Shown here piece by piece: positions 51,227-59,863 of a stretch of 64,000 bases of DNA (position 1 is its first letter; each line of letters starts with the position of its first letter). Origin of the DNA: Deltaproteobacteria bacterium. GTDB taxonomy: Bacteria; Desulfobacterota; Dissulfuribacteria; Dissulfuribacterales; UBA3076. The notes below the pieces were generated by a model. The model had not been told where the DNA came from. It saw only the letters and a list, made by a program, of their open reading frames with translations, and made no database searches. Position numbers and translations under genes: made by a program. Location: the NCBI GenBank assembly GCA_003194485.1, contig PQXD01000003.1, positions 33,067 through 97,066 on the forward strand, given 5' to 3'.

Positions 51227-52524
51227 TGCTCAGCACCAAAGACCCGCTCAAATACGGTTTTCACATGTTTAAGATGGTAATTTATGTCGAATACGGCCTC
51301 AATTTCTTCCGGGGCCAAGTACTTGGCCAGGTCTTGGTCCGCCAGGAGTCTTTCCTTGAAAGTGCCGGTTCCTTCCCATACCTCCATGGCCCGTTTCTGG
51401 ACGATTCTGTAAGACTCCTCCCTGCTGACGCCCTTCTGTGTGAGCATAAGCAACACCTGTTGGGAGAATATGAGCCCCTTGAGCATGTTCAGATTATGCT
51501 CCATCCTGTCTGGATATACTATCAAGTGATCCAATATTCCGGTAAAACGGCCCAAAATAAAATCTGTCACAATAAAGGCATCAGGGCCGATCACACGTTC
51601 AACTGATGAGTGGCTTATGTCCCGCTCGTGCCAAAGTGTTACGTTCTCAAGGGCCGGGACCGCATAGGAACGTACCAGCCGGGCAAGGCCGCAGAGGTTT
51701 TCCGACAGGATCGGGTTCCTCTTGTGCGGCATGGCCGAGGAGCCCTTTTGCCCCGGCCTGAAGTACTCTTCCGCCTCCAGCACCTCTGTTCGCTGAAGAT
51801 GGCGCACCTCGGTTGCCATCTTCTCAACAGAGCTTGCCAGCACTGCCAAGGTGCAGAACACATCTGCGTACCTGTCCCGTTGTATTATCTGGTTGGAGGC
51901 AGGGGCGGGCTTAAGACCCAGGTGTTTGCATACATGGGATTCCACCCTGGGATCCACGTGGGCAAACGTGCCGACAGCCCCTGATATCTTGCCATAGGAA
52001 ATCGTCTCCTTTGCATCCTCAAGACGCCTGCGGTTCCTCTGCATCTCATCATACCAGACGGCAAGCTTCAGGCCAAAGGTGATGGGCTCCGCATGGATAC
52101 CGTGAGACCTCCCTATCATCACGGTGTCTCTGTGTTCAAAGGCACGTCTTTTTATGACGTCCATCAGTAAGTCCACGTCATCAAGGATGATTTCCATGGC
52201 CTGCCTGAATAATACGGCCATTGCCGTGTCCAGCATGTCGGATGACGTAAGGCCCCAGTGCAGATACCGGGCAGACGGACCTATGTGCTCTCCTACGTTT
52301 GTAAGAAAGGCAATCACATCGTGACGTGTCTTTTCCTCGATCTCGGCTATCCGTTCCGGCTCAAAGGCGGCCCTGGCCCTTATGTCCTCTGCAGCCTCTT
52401 TCGGTATTACTCCGAGCTCAGCCCATGCCTCTGCCGCAAGGATCTCTACCTCAAGCCAGGTCTTGTATTTGTTCTCCGGGGTCCAGATGGCCGCCATTCC
52501 AGGCCGGCTGTATCTATCTATCAT
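51223..52524 (-). CDS. purB: adenylosuccinate lyase
   Basis: Fumarate-lyase signature GSSAMPHKRNP and the N-terminus MIDRYSRPGMAAIW. Confidence 0.93.
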   Translation of the reverse strand: MIDRYSRPGMAAIWTPENKYKTWLEVEILAAEAWAELGVIPKEAAEDIRARAAFEPERIAEIEEKTRHDVIAFLTNVGEHIGPSARYLHWGLTSSDMLDTAMAVLFRQAMEIILDDVDLLMDVIKRRAFEHRDTVMIGRSHGIHAEPITFGLKLAVWYDEMQRNRRRLEDAKETISYGKISGAVGTFAHVDPRVESHVCKHLGLKPAPASNQIIQRDRYADVFCTLAVLASSVEKMATEVRHLQRTEVLEAEEYFRPGQKGSSAMPHKRNPILSENLCGLARLVRSYAVPALENVTLWHERDISHSSVERVIGPDAFIVTDFILGRFTGILDHLIVYPDRMEHNLNMLKGLIFSQQVLLMLTQKGVSREESYRIVQKRAMEVWEGTGTFKERLLADQDLAKYLAPEEIEAVFDINYHLKHVKTVFERVFGAEQ

Positions 52525-52628
52525 AAAAAATCCCTGTTATAGTTCAGATTCCAATGCCCCTTCCTGTGCCCCAAGGCCCGGTATCTATATACGAGACAAG
52601 ACCTCGCTGTGGAAGAGGCTGTTTTATT

Positions 52629-52999
52629 GTAAACCGATTACAGGGTGCTTCTTTTTCCAACATGCTCTCGCCCCTTGTTTTCTGAGGCTTTTGCAGCCCG
52701 GGACCCTCCCCGTTCTCCTTCGCTGCGCTCCGGAGCCGGGGTATCCAGTTCTGCAAAAGCCAAAAAAACTACAAGGGCTAACGCAAATCGTTTCCAAAAG
52801 AAGCACCCTGTAATCGGTTTAAGTCCATTGTGCTTCGGAGTTGCCATCAGCACCCTGCCGCAGGAGCGGTTTGCCTTTTGCAGGGTTTCAACCGCGGGCC
52901 GGATTGCACTGCCTCTCCGGTCCGCGATGAGTGAGCTTTGAAACCCTGAAAAAGGTAACCGCTTCAAGGCAGGATATAACAGGTTCACCGAATATTTAC
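52629..52999 (-). mobile_element. MITE copy E (variant hairpin arms; left terminus divergent or truncated)
   Basis: Module 1 and the right TIR (reverse complement GTAAATATTCGGTGAACC) are conserved. The hairpin arms are replaced by AAACCGATTACAGGGTGCTTCTTTT / AAAAGAAGCACCCTGTAATCGGTTT. No target duplication is seen. Confidence 0.75.
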
Positions 53000-53031
53000 C
53001 GCGCTTTTTTCTGTTTTTCAAATTATTCGCC

Positions 53032-54381
53032 TTAGAACATTATGTGACACATAACGAGCGCCATCAGAATTCCTGTCATATCTGCAAGCAGGGCAGCCGC
53101 TACTGCATGCCGGGTCCGAACCACACCGACGGCACCGAAATATACTGCCAGGACATAGAAAGTGGTTTCCGTGGAGCCCTGCATTGTGGAGACCAAAAAG
53201 GATGAGAAGCTGTCCGGGGCATGGCTCACTATCTCACTCATGATTCCAAACGCCCCGGAGCCGGAAAGGGGCCGCATAAGGGCCATGGGAAGGGCGTCTG
53301 CCGGCATGCCGATCATTGATGTGAGCGGTTGGAACGCTGATACCATAAGGTCAAAAGCACCCGAGGCCCGAAACATCCCGATGGCAACCATGATCATCAC
53401 AAGAAACGGGATAATCTTTACTGCTACCTGAAATCCTTCCTTTGCACCTGTGGTAGCGGCTTCGTAGACCCTGACACCCCGAAAATAACCAAACAGGAGA
53501 AGGCTGCACATAATTACAGGGACCAGCCAGTAGGAGAGGATCTCTCCTGCCAGGTCCCGCCAATCAGTGCCGGCAGTTAGACGAAATACGGCTCCGCCTG
53601 CAAAGGCAAGGACGGTCAGTATGACCGCCCACCTGCCGATCCATCCGGGCGGGTTAAGTTCTCCATCGGCTTCTTTTTCTCCATTGCAGACCGCAACAGG
53701 GTCCTGTTCCGTATCACCGGGATCTTTGCTTACTGTTTCTATGGGTGTTTTGTGTCTGCTGAAACGAACAAAGGCCTTTGAGGCAATAATGGCCATTGTG
53801 GTAGAGCAGATCGTTGCAACAAGCGAAGGAATAAGAATGGAAGCCGGCTCTGCGGCACCGGCGGCCGCCCGCACTCCGATTACGCCCAACGGGAGGATCG
53901 TGACGCTCGACGTATTAATCGCCAAAAAAAGACACATCGCATTGGTAGCCTCACCCTTGTTCGGATTCAGCCGGTCTAATTCCATCATCGCCTTGATTCC
54001 CATTGGCGTGGCTGCATTGCCGAGTCCCAGGGCATTGGCGGACATATTCATAATCATGGCCGACATGGCCGGATGCTCGGCAGGCACATCAGGAAACAGA
54101 CGGCACATGACAGGACGGATGGCACGGGCGATCAGACGCATCAAGCCACCGGCTTCAGCGACTTTCATAAGACCAAGCCACAGTGCCATAACCCCGATCA
54201 AGCCAATCGCCAGGTTAACGGAATTTTTTGCGGATTCGAACGAAGCATCGACCAGTTGCTTCATTCTGCCGTTGTAGGAGGCGACCACTGTAGCCAGGAG
54301 AATCATAAAAAGCCATATCAGATTAATTGCTGCCGGACGTTTTTCCAATGGCTCAATTACCCATAGCCAGGCCGCACTCAA
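53032..54381 (-). CDS. nucleoside-recognition (Gate) domain membrane protein, SpmA/SpmB-like fusion
   Basis: Polytopic protein with two Gate-like halves separated by an acidic hydrophilic linker (TVSKDPGDTEQDPVAVCNGEKEADGE). Confidence 0.6.
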   Translation of the reverse strand: MSAAWLWVIEPLEKRPAAINLIWLFMILLATVVASYNGRMKQLVDASFESAKNSVNLAIGLIGVMALWLGLMKVAEAGGLMRLIARAIRPVMCRLFPDVPAEHPAMSAMIMNMSANALGLGNAATPMGIKAMMELDRLNPNKGEATNAMCLFLAINTSSVTILPLGVIGVRAAAGAAEPASILIPSLVATICSTTMAIIASKAFVRFSRHKTPIETVSKDPGDTEQDPVAVCNGEKEADGELNPPGWIGRWAVILTVLAFAGGAVFRLTAGTDWRDLAGEILSYWLVPVIMCSLLLFGYFRGVRVYEAATTGAKEGFQVAVKIIPFLVMIMVAIGMFRASGAFDLMVSAFQPLTSMIGMPADALPMALMRPLSGSGAFGIMSEIVSHAPDSFSSFLVSTMQGSTETTFYVLAVYFGAVGVVRTRHAVAAALLADMTGILMALVMCHIMF

Positions 54382-55568
54382 GGACCCTGAATGAGATCCA
54401 TGGCGAGGTCTGCCGCCCTCTCTGCCGCCCCTGGTTTACCCAGGGCATTTTTTACCTCTTTCAGATCCCTGATCATATTCTCCATTGCGGCTTTGTCCCC
54501 GAAAAGAGACAGTACCTCATGAGAGAGCCGCCCGGCACTGACATCCCCCTGGAGTATCTCGGGTACTACCCGGCGTCCTGCCACCAGGTTTACAAGGGAC
54601 ACAAAAGGGACTTTTACGAGACATCTTCCCAGAAAATATGTAACAGGGGACACCATGTAGGTGACCACCATGGGAGTGCCCAGAATAGCGGCCTCAAGGG
54701 TGACTGTCCCTGAGGCCGCAAGTATCAGGTCGGAAGCGGCTATGGCATCATAGGTCTGGCCCCTCACCATTCGAATAATCGGGTGGTCGGGTGATCCATC
54801 CGTCTGTGTTCGTCTGTGCTGGTCCGTGGTCACTGACTCGGTAACCTGATAAATAAATGGTTCCAGAGTTCCGGGATCAAGCGATGGTGCAAGCGGTAGC
54901 ACAAACTGGACATCCCGCCCGTCTTTAAGCATCCTCCGGGCAGCACCTGCCATCACGGGAAATAACCTCGAGACCTCGCTCTTTCGACTGCCAGGGACGA
55001 GTCCTATTACCGGCCTTTCCGGATTGAGTCCCGCCTTTTTGCAAAACTCGCTTCTGGAGACCCGGGCCTTGACCACGTCAAGAAGGGGATGGCCTACAAA
55101 TCTCGCTTTCATGCCGTGAGACCTGAAAAAGGCCTCCTCAAACGGCAAAATGACAGCCATTCGATCTGTCAGACGGCGAAGCTTTTTCAATCTGCCCTTA
55201 CGCCAGGCCCATACCTGGGGACTTATATAGTAAAAAACGGGAATACCCAGCTTCTTTGCCTTGGCGGCCACCTGGAGGTTAAACTCCGGATAATCTATAA
55301 GAATGAGTAAATCCGGTCTCTCTTTGCGCAGCCAGTCTGTAGTACGGCCAAAGGCCCTTAAAATCGGCCCAATATGACCGGCGACCTCGACCACACCAAC
55401 CACCGCAAGCTCAGAGCTTGAAAAAAGAAGCTCCAGCCCTGCCTCCTCCATTTTCGGGCCACCTATGCCTACAAATCTTGCCTGTGGAAGCCTGGTCTTA
55501 AGGGCACGGATGAGGTTTGAACCATGAAGGTCGCCAGAGGGCTCCCCGGCTATGATAAATACCTGCAC
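54378..55568 (-). CDS. lpxB: lipid-A-disaccharide synthase
   Basis: IIAGEPSGDLHGSNLI N-terminus in lpx synteny. The start is GTG at 55568. It contains an in-frame decamer repeat insert. Confidence 0.9.
   Translation of the reverse strand: MQVFIIAGEPSGDLHGSNLIRALKTRLPQARFVGIGGPKMEEAGLELLFSSSELAVVGVVEVAGHIGPILRAFGRTTDWLRKERPDLLILIDYPEFNLQVAAKAKKLGIPVFYYISPQVWAWRKGRLKKLRRLTDRMAVILPFEEAFFRSHGMKARFVGHPLLDVVKARVSRSEFCKKAGLNPERPVIGLVPGSRKSEVSRLFPVMAGAARRMLKDGRDVQFVLPLAPSLDPGTLEPFIYQVTESVTTDQHRRTQTDGSPDHPIIRMVRGQTYDAIAASDLILAASGTVTLEAAILGTPMVVTYMVSPVTYFLGRCLVKVPFVSLVNLVAGRRVVPEILQGDVSAGRLSHEVLSLFGDKAAMENMIRDLKEVKNALGKPGAAERAADLAMDLIQGP
54801..54830. repeat. tandem decamer (CGTCTGTGTT-type x3) inside lpxB
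   Basis: CGTCTGTGTT CGTCTGTGCT GGTCCGTGGT encodes part of TTDQHRRTQTDGSPDHPI. Confidence 0.8.
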
Positions 55569-55571
55569 CCA

Positions 55572-56558
55572 CTAATTCCTGGTTTCATCTCTGCCAAATT
55601 TCTGATTTCCAACTTCAAGTTTCAAGGTATTAAGCCCTTGCATAATCCGGGCATTTATATCCAGGGCAAGCTTGAGCGCCTTCCTTCCCGCCTCTCCTGT
55701 AACTTTGGGTTTTTCAAGGCCCTGCACTGCTCTTACGAATGACACGAGTTCATCATAGAGCATGTCTGTCCCCTCGTGGGTCTTGAATTCAGGTCTGATG
55801 GCAGCCATTGGGCCTGCGCTTAAGTCTCTGGTAACAATCAGGCTCTTGCGCTCCGCGCAATCCGCAGATATATATGCCCCTGGCTGAAATACCCTGATTC
55901 TGCGCATATCCTGGAGAGAAATACGGCTTGCCGTAAGATTTGCAGTGCATCCATTCTCGAAGATGAGCCGCGCGTTTGCAATATCCACCTTTTGAGTAAG
56001 TACCGGCACACCCACTGCCCTTATCTCTTTAAGAGGCGAGCTTACCAGGGCCAGGATTATCTCCAGATCGTGAATCATCAGATCCAGGACCACATCCACG
56101 TCAGTGGCCCTGTCCTTAAATCCGCTCAGCCTGTGGACCTCTATAAAGAGGGGATGCGTCACCTTTGCCTCAAGCACCTTTATGGCAGGATTAAATCGCT
56201 CCAAATGGCCCACCTGGAGTATCAAACCCTTCTCTGCTGCCAGGCCAATGAGCTCATCCGCTTCGTCCACAGTGGCAGAGATGGGCTTTTCAATCATGCA
56301 GTGCACACCATGGGAAAACAGTATCTTGGCAACTTCGTGATGATGAATAGTGGGAACTACCACCGATGCCGCATCGATCCTGCCTATCACCTCATGTATA
56401 TCTGTGCAGGCCCTGGTCCCCGCCTCCTTTGCCACCTCCTGTGCACGCTCAAGAGACAGATCCACGACTCCAACCAGATCCACTCCCTCCATCTGCGCAT
56501 ACTTCTGTGCATGAAATCGCCCCAGATATCCCGCTCCTATAACCGCTGTCCGAATCAA
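55572..56558 (-). CDS. Gfo/Idh/MocA-family NAD(P)-dependent oxidoreductase in the lpx cluster
   Basis: Rossmann N-terminus IRTAVIGAGYLGRFHA and the EKP motif CMIEKP. The last 17 codons lie in a half-copy of the heptamer hairpin element. Confidence 0.8.
   Translation of the reverse strand: MIRTAVIGAGYLGRFHAQKYAQMEGVDLVGVVDLSLERAQEVAKEAGTRACTDIHEVIGRIDAASVVVPTIHHHEVAKILFSHGVHCMIEKPISATVDEADELIGLAAEKGLILQVGHLERFNPAIKVLEAKVTHPLFIEVHRLSGFKDRATDVDVVLDLMIHDLEIILALVSSPLKEIRAVGVPVLTQKVDIANARLIFENGCTANLTASRISLQDMRRIRVFQPGAYISADCAERKSLIVTRDLSAGPMAAIRPEFKTHEGTDMLYDELVSFVRAVQGLEKPKVTGEAGRKALKLALDINARIMQGLNTLKLEVGNQKFGRDETRN
55582..55627. repeat. half-copy of the heptamer-array hairpin element, used as coding 3' end
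   Basis: GTTTCATCTCTGCCAAATTTCTGATTTCCAACTTCAAGTTTC matches 35054-35095 at 38 of 42 positions. Confidence 0.8.
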
Positions 56559-57382
56559 TGCCCTGTATCTCCTTTAACGCCAACCACGGCTATTGACGAC
56601 CTGTCAGCCGTATCAATGGTAGAATCCCTGTCAAAAAACAGTGTGCGGCCGGCCTCCACGGCCAGGACAGACGCCTTGACCCGAACCATCTGCTCAATGG
56701 TTCCGGCCCCCACGGAAGGAAGGTCAAACCTGGTGTCCTGTGCGGGTTTACAGACCTTTATCACCACCGCATCCGGCCCGCCCAGCTGCCCGCCCCTCCG
56801 GATTGTCCGGTCCGTACCTTCAATCGCCTCAACGGCCAGCACGGTACGGTCCTTGACTACCAGGCACTGGCCTATGTCAAGGCGCCCTATCTCCCTTGCG
56901 AGCCTCCAGCCGAAATGAATATCTTTCCACTGGCTCTCTGAGGGCTTGCAGCGGGTCAACACGCCGGAGGGGACAAGCAGCTCTTTCAAGAAAAAAGTGG
57001 AGGGAAGAACCCGGATGCCTTCCTGTTCAAGCTCAGCGGCAACGGACCTCAATATCCTGTCGTCCAGCCTGTTGCCCAGGCGTCTCCACAGGTCGATAGC
57101 CCTGAGATCAGGGCGGACATCCCTGAATATCCTGGTCTTGGTTATAGAACCCGCAAATATGGCCTCTGATGCCCCTGCTTTTTTTAGCGTCTTTATAAGC
57201 TTGCCCAACTGCCCCAGGTAAACCCATTCAATTTGATCCACCTCCTCTGAAAGCAGGGCATCCGTTTCCCCGTTATGAGCTATTGCCACTACCCTGCGGC
57301 CCTGTTTCCTGGCGGCCCTGGCGCATAACAGCGGGAACTGCCCTCCCCCTGCCACGAGCCCCAAAGGATGATCCTGCATCAA
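56555..57382 (-). CDS. lpxI: UDP-2,3-diacylglucosamine diphosphatase LpxI (DUF1009)
   Basis: LGLVAGGGQFPLL N-terminus and the position between lpxA and lpxB, as in lpxH-less bacteria. Confidence 0.8.
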   Translation of the reverse strand: MMQDHPLGLVAGGGQFPLLCARAARKQGRRVVAIAHNGETDALLSEEVDQIEWVYLGQLGKLIKTLKKAGASEAIFAGSITKTRIFRDVRPDLRAIDLWRRLGNRLDDRILRSVAAELEQEGIRVLPSTFFLKELLVPSGVLTRCKPSESQWKDIHFGWRLAREIGRLDIGQCLVVKDRTVLAVEAIEGTDRTIRRGGQLGGPDAVVIKVCKPAQDTRFDLPSVGAGTIEQMVRVKASVLAVEAGRTLFFDRDSTIDTADRSSIAVVGVKGDTGH

Positions 57383-58200
57383 AGTTCTTCTTCTCCATTG
57401 GAGGCCATGGGCACGCCCCTTCTGGAAGACCTGATGAATACGGTAAATCTCTTCACCTCGGGCATGCCTCCAAAACGGACCTCCACTGCATCAAGGGCTT
57501 CACTTACCACATCATTCCCTTGAAACACCATTCTATAAGTATCCCTCAAGGCCTCGATGACCTCCCTTGGAAACCCGTGCCGTCTCAACCCGACCATATT
57601 CAGGCCATAGAGATGATCCCTTTGACCCCAGTACTTCACATAAGGAGGTATATCCTTATTTACGCCTGACATGCCGCCCAGAAAGGCATAGGCCCCGATT
57701 CGGCAGAACTGATGTATGGCCGACAGTCCACCAATGATGACGTGCTCTCCTATCTCCACATGTCCCCCGAGAGTAACCCCGTTTGCCATGATCACATTGT
57801 CTCCGACTTTGCAGTCGTGTGCCACATGACAATAAGCCATGAGCAGGCACTGCCTTCCGACTCTCGTAACGCCGCCTCCGCCGTGAGTCCCGCGGTGGAC
57901 TGTGACGAATTCCCTGATTATGGTCCGGTCGCCGATCTCGACCCTCGTGGGCTCGCCACCGTACTTCAGATCCTGGGGAGGGGCGCCAATAGAGGCAAAC
58001 TGGAAAACCTTCGTCTTTTCTCCGAGTCGAGTCCGGCCCTCTATTATGGCATGCGGGCCTATTTCAGTCTCCGGCCCCAATTCGACTTCAGGCCCTATAA
58101 CCGCATAAGGCCCTATCTTTACTCCTTCCGCAATTTCCGAATCAGGAGAAATTATGGCTGTCGGGTGTATATCTCTCTCGATAATCATCAGATTGTCCAA
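57379..58200 (-). CDS. lpxA: acyl-ACP--UDP-N-acetylglucosamine O-acyltransferase
   Basis: Left-handed beta-helix hexapeptide repeats, IHPTAIISPDSEIAEGVKIGPYAVIG, and a C-terminal helical domain. Confidence 0.92.
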   Translation of the reverse strand: MDNLMIIERDIHPTAIISPDSEIAEGVKIGPYAVIGPEVELGPETEIGPHAIIEGRTRLGEKTKVFQFASIGAPPQDLKYGGEPTRVEIGDRTIIREFVTVHRGTHGGGGVTRVGRQCLLMAYCHVAHDCKVGDNVIMANGVTLGGHVEIGEHVIIGGLSAIHQFCRIGAYAFLGGMSGVNKDIPPYVKYWGQRDHLYGLNMVGLRRHGFPREVIEALRDTYRMVFQGNDVVSEALDAVEVRFGGMPEVKRFTVFIRSSRRGVPMASNGEEEL

Positions 58201-58204
58201 TATC

Positions 58205-58290
58205 GAAACTGGAAATTAGAAATTAGAAATTAGGTAATGAATCTACATCTTTGTGTTTTCCCCAATTTCCAATTTCCAGTTTCCAGTTTC
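58205..58290. repeat. heptamer-array hairpin element (lpxA-fabZ spacer)
   Basis: GAAACTGGAAATTAGAAATTAGAAATTAGG pairs with CCCCAATTTCCAATTTCCAGTTTCCAGTTTC. Confidence 0.8.
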
Positions 58291-58353
58291 ACTGCAAAAT
58301 ACAAGATCAACAAAGTGTAAACTACTTTTGACTCGCCGTGAAGGATGCCGAAT

Positions 58354-58800
58354 TTATTGAATGGCTGCTATAAGTACAGCCTCGGCCGCAACCTTATCAT
58401 CGACGGATGCAGTACCTTCCATTTTCCACACCATGGATTTGCGTTTTATGAGTTTCAGTTCCATAATCAACTGGTCGCCGGGCACAACTGACCTCCTGAA
58501 TCGCACCCCATCCATCCCTGCAAACACCAGCAGCTTACCCTCAAGACCCTCGGGGTCGGTATTCTTGGCAAAAATGATCCCTGTCTGGGCCATGGCCTCC
58601 AGGATAAGGACCCCGGGCATAATAGGCTCTCCGGGAAAGTGTCCCTGAAAAAAGGGCTCGTTTATAGTAACGTTCTTAAACGACTTGATGCTTGCACCCG
58701 GCTCAAGGCTTAAAACCCGGTCAACCAACAGGAACGGATACCTGTGAGGCAAGAGGGCAGATATCTCTTGTATTCGGAGTTGGCTATGCATCTTTTCCAT
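58354..58800 (-). CDS. fabZ: 3-hydroxyacyl-ACP dehydratase FabZ
   Basis: [13 protein letters not shown] and [16 protein letters not shown] motifs. Confidence 0.95.
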   Translation of the reverse strand: MEKMHSQLRIQEISALLPHRYPFLLVDRVLSLEPGASIKSFKNVTINEPFFQGHFPGEPIMPGVLILEAMAQTGIIFAKNTDPEGLEGKLLVFAGMDGVRFRRSVVPGDQLIMELKLIKRKSMVWKMEGTASVDDKVAAEAVLIAAIQ

Positions 58801-59836
58801 TTCCCTCTCCTAATAATTTGTCTTCAAGTCTGTCTATGCGTCCTTTAAGATCGCGGACCTCTTTTACCAGTTCCGGAAGGCGCTTGAGGGCGCTTCCGAC
58901 CCTTAACCACAACCTGTGAGGCATTGCAGGAGTCCCTGAGACCGCCTCACCGGCTGCCACGCTTCTGGAAACTCCTGATTGCGCACCTACCATGACCCGA
59001 TCTCCCAATTCTATGTGGCCCACTAAACCGACCTGCCCTCCCAGCACTACTCCCCTGCCCAGACGGGTACTCCCTGAAACACCGACCTGGGCCACAATCA
59101 AAGACCCGGCACCTATAGACACGTTGTGGCCAACCTGTACCAGATTGTCAATCTTGGTGCCACGGCCTATGCGGGTCTCTCCCAGGGCTGCCCTGTCTAT
59201 GGTGCAATTGGCGCCTATCTCTACATCGTCCTCTATCACTACAATGCCAATCTGGGGAATCTTTACATGGTATTCGCCACGCCTGGCATAACCGAAACCG
59301 TCGCTTCCGATCACCGTCCCTGCATGTACTGCCACCCTTTTACCAATGCGGCAGCCCTCATAAACTACCACATTGGGATACAAGGTCGTTCCTTCCTCAA
59401 TACATACATCATTCCCCACATACACTCCGGGATGGAGTGTCACATACGGGCAAATATGCACACAATCACCTATGTACACTCCGGGATATATACTGACATT
59501 CCGGTCTATTTCACATCCCGAGCCCACATGGGACTCTGAACTCACTCCCAGGGCACTGAAGGGCTTATCCGAAAATGCAGATGCTGTTAAGGCATAGGCG
59601 AGATACGGATCTTCAACCAGAACAGAGGGACGATCCAGCGGGTAAGGCCAGTCCTTTGGAAGTATCATGGCCCCTGCCCTGCTCCTTTCCACGTCTTCCC
59701 TGTAACGGGGTCCGGCAGCAAAGCTTATTTCGTCCGGACCCGCAGCCGTCAGGGCCTGAATACCTGATACAGGAAAATCCCCTGGTCCTTTCAGGTCTCC
59801 TTTGATCAAGAGCGCTATTTCTCCGAGGGTCTTCAT
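58784..59836 (-). CDS. lpxD: UDP-3-O-acylglucosamine N-acyltransferase
   Basis: LpxD N-terminal domain followed by extended hexapeptide repeats and a C-terminal coiled coil. Confidence 0.92.
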   Translation of the reverse strand: MKTLGEIALLIKGDLKGPGDFPVSGIQALTAAGPDEISFAAGPRYREDVERSRAGAMILPKDWPYPLDRPSVLVEDPYLAYALTASAFSDKPFSALGVSSESHVGSGCEIDRNVSIYPGVYIGDCVHICPYVTLHPGVYVGNDVCIEEGTTLYPNVVVYEGCRIGKRVAVHAGTVIGSDGFGYARRGEYHVKIPQIGIVVIEDDVEIGANCTIDRAALGETRIGRGTKIDNLVQVGHNVSIGAGSLIVAQVGVSGSTRLGRGVVLGGQVGLVGHIELGDRVMVGAQSGVSRSVAAGEAVSGTPAMPHRLWLRVGSALKRLPELVKEVRDLKGRIDRLEDKLLGEGNGKDA

Positions 59837-59863
59837 GGTCCATCAGTCAATAAATCATGCAAT

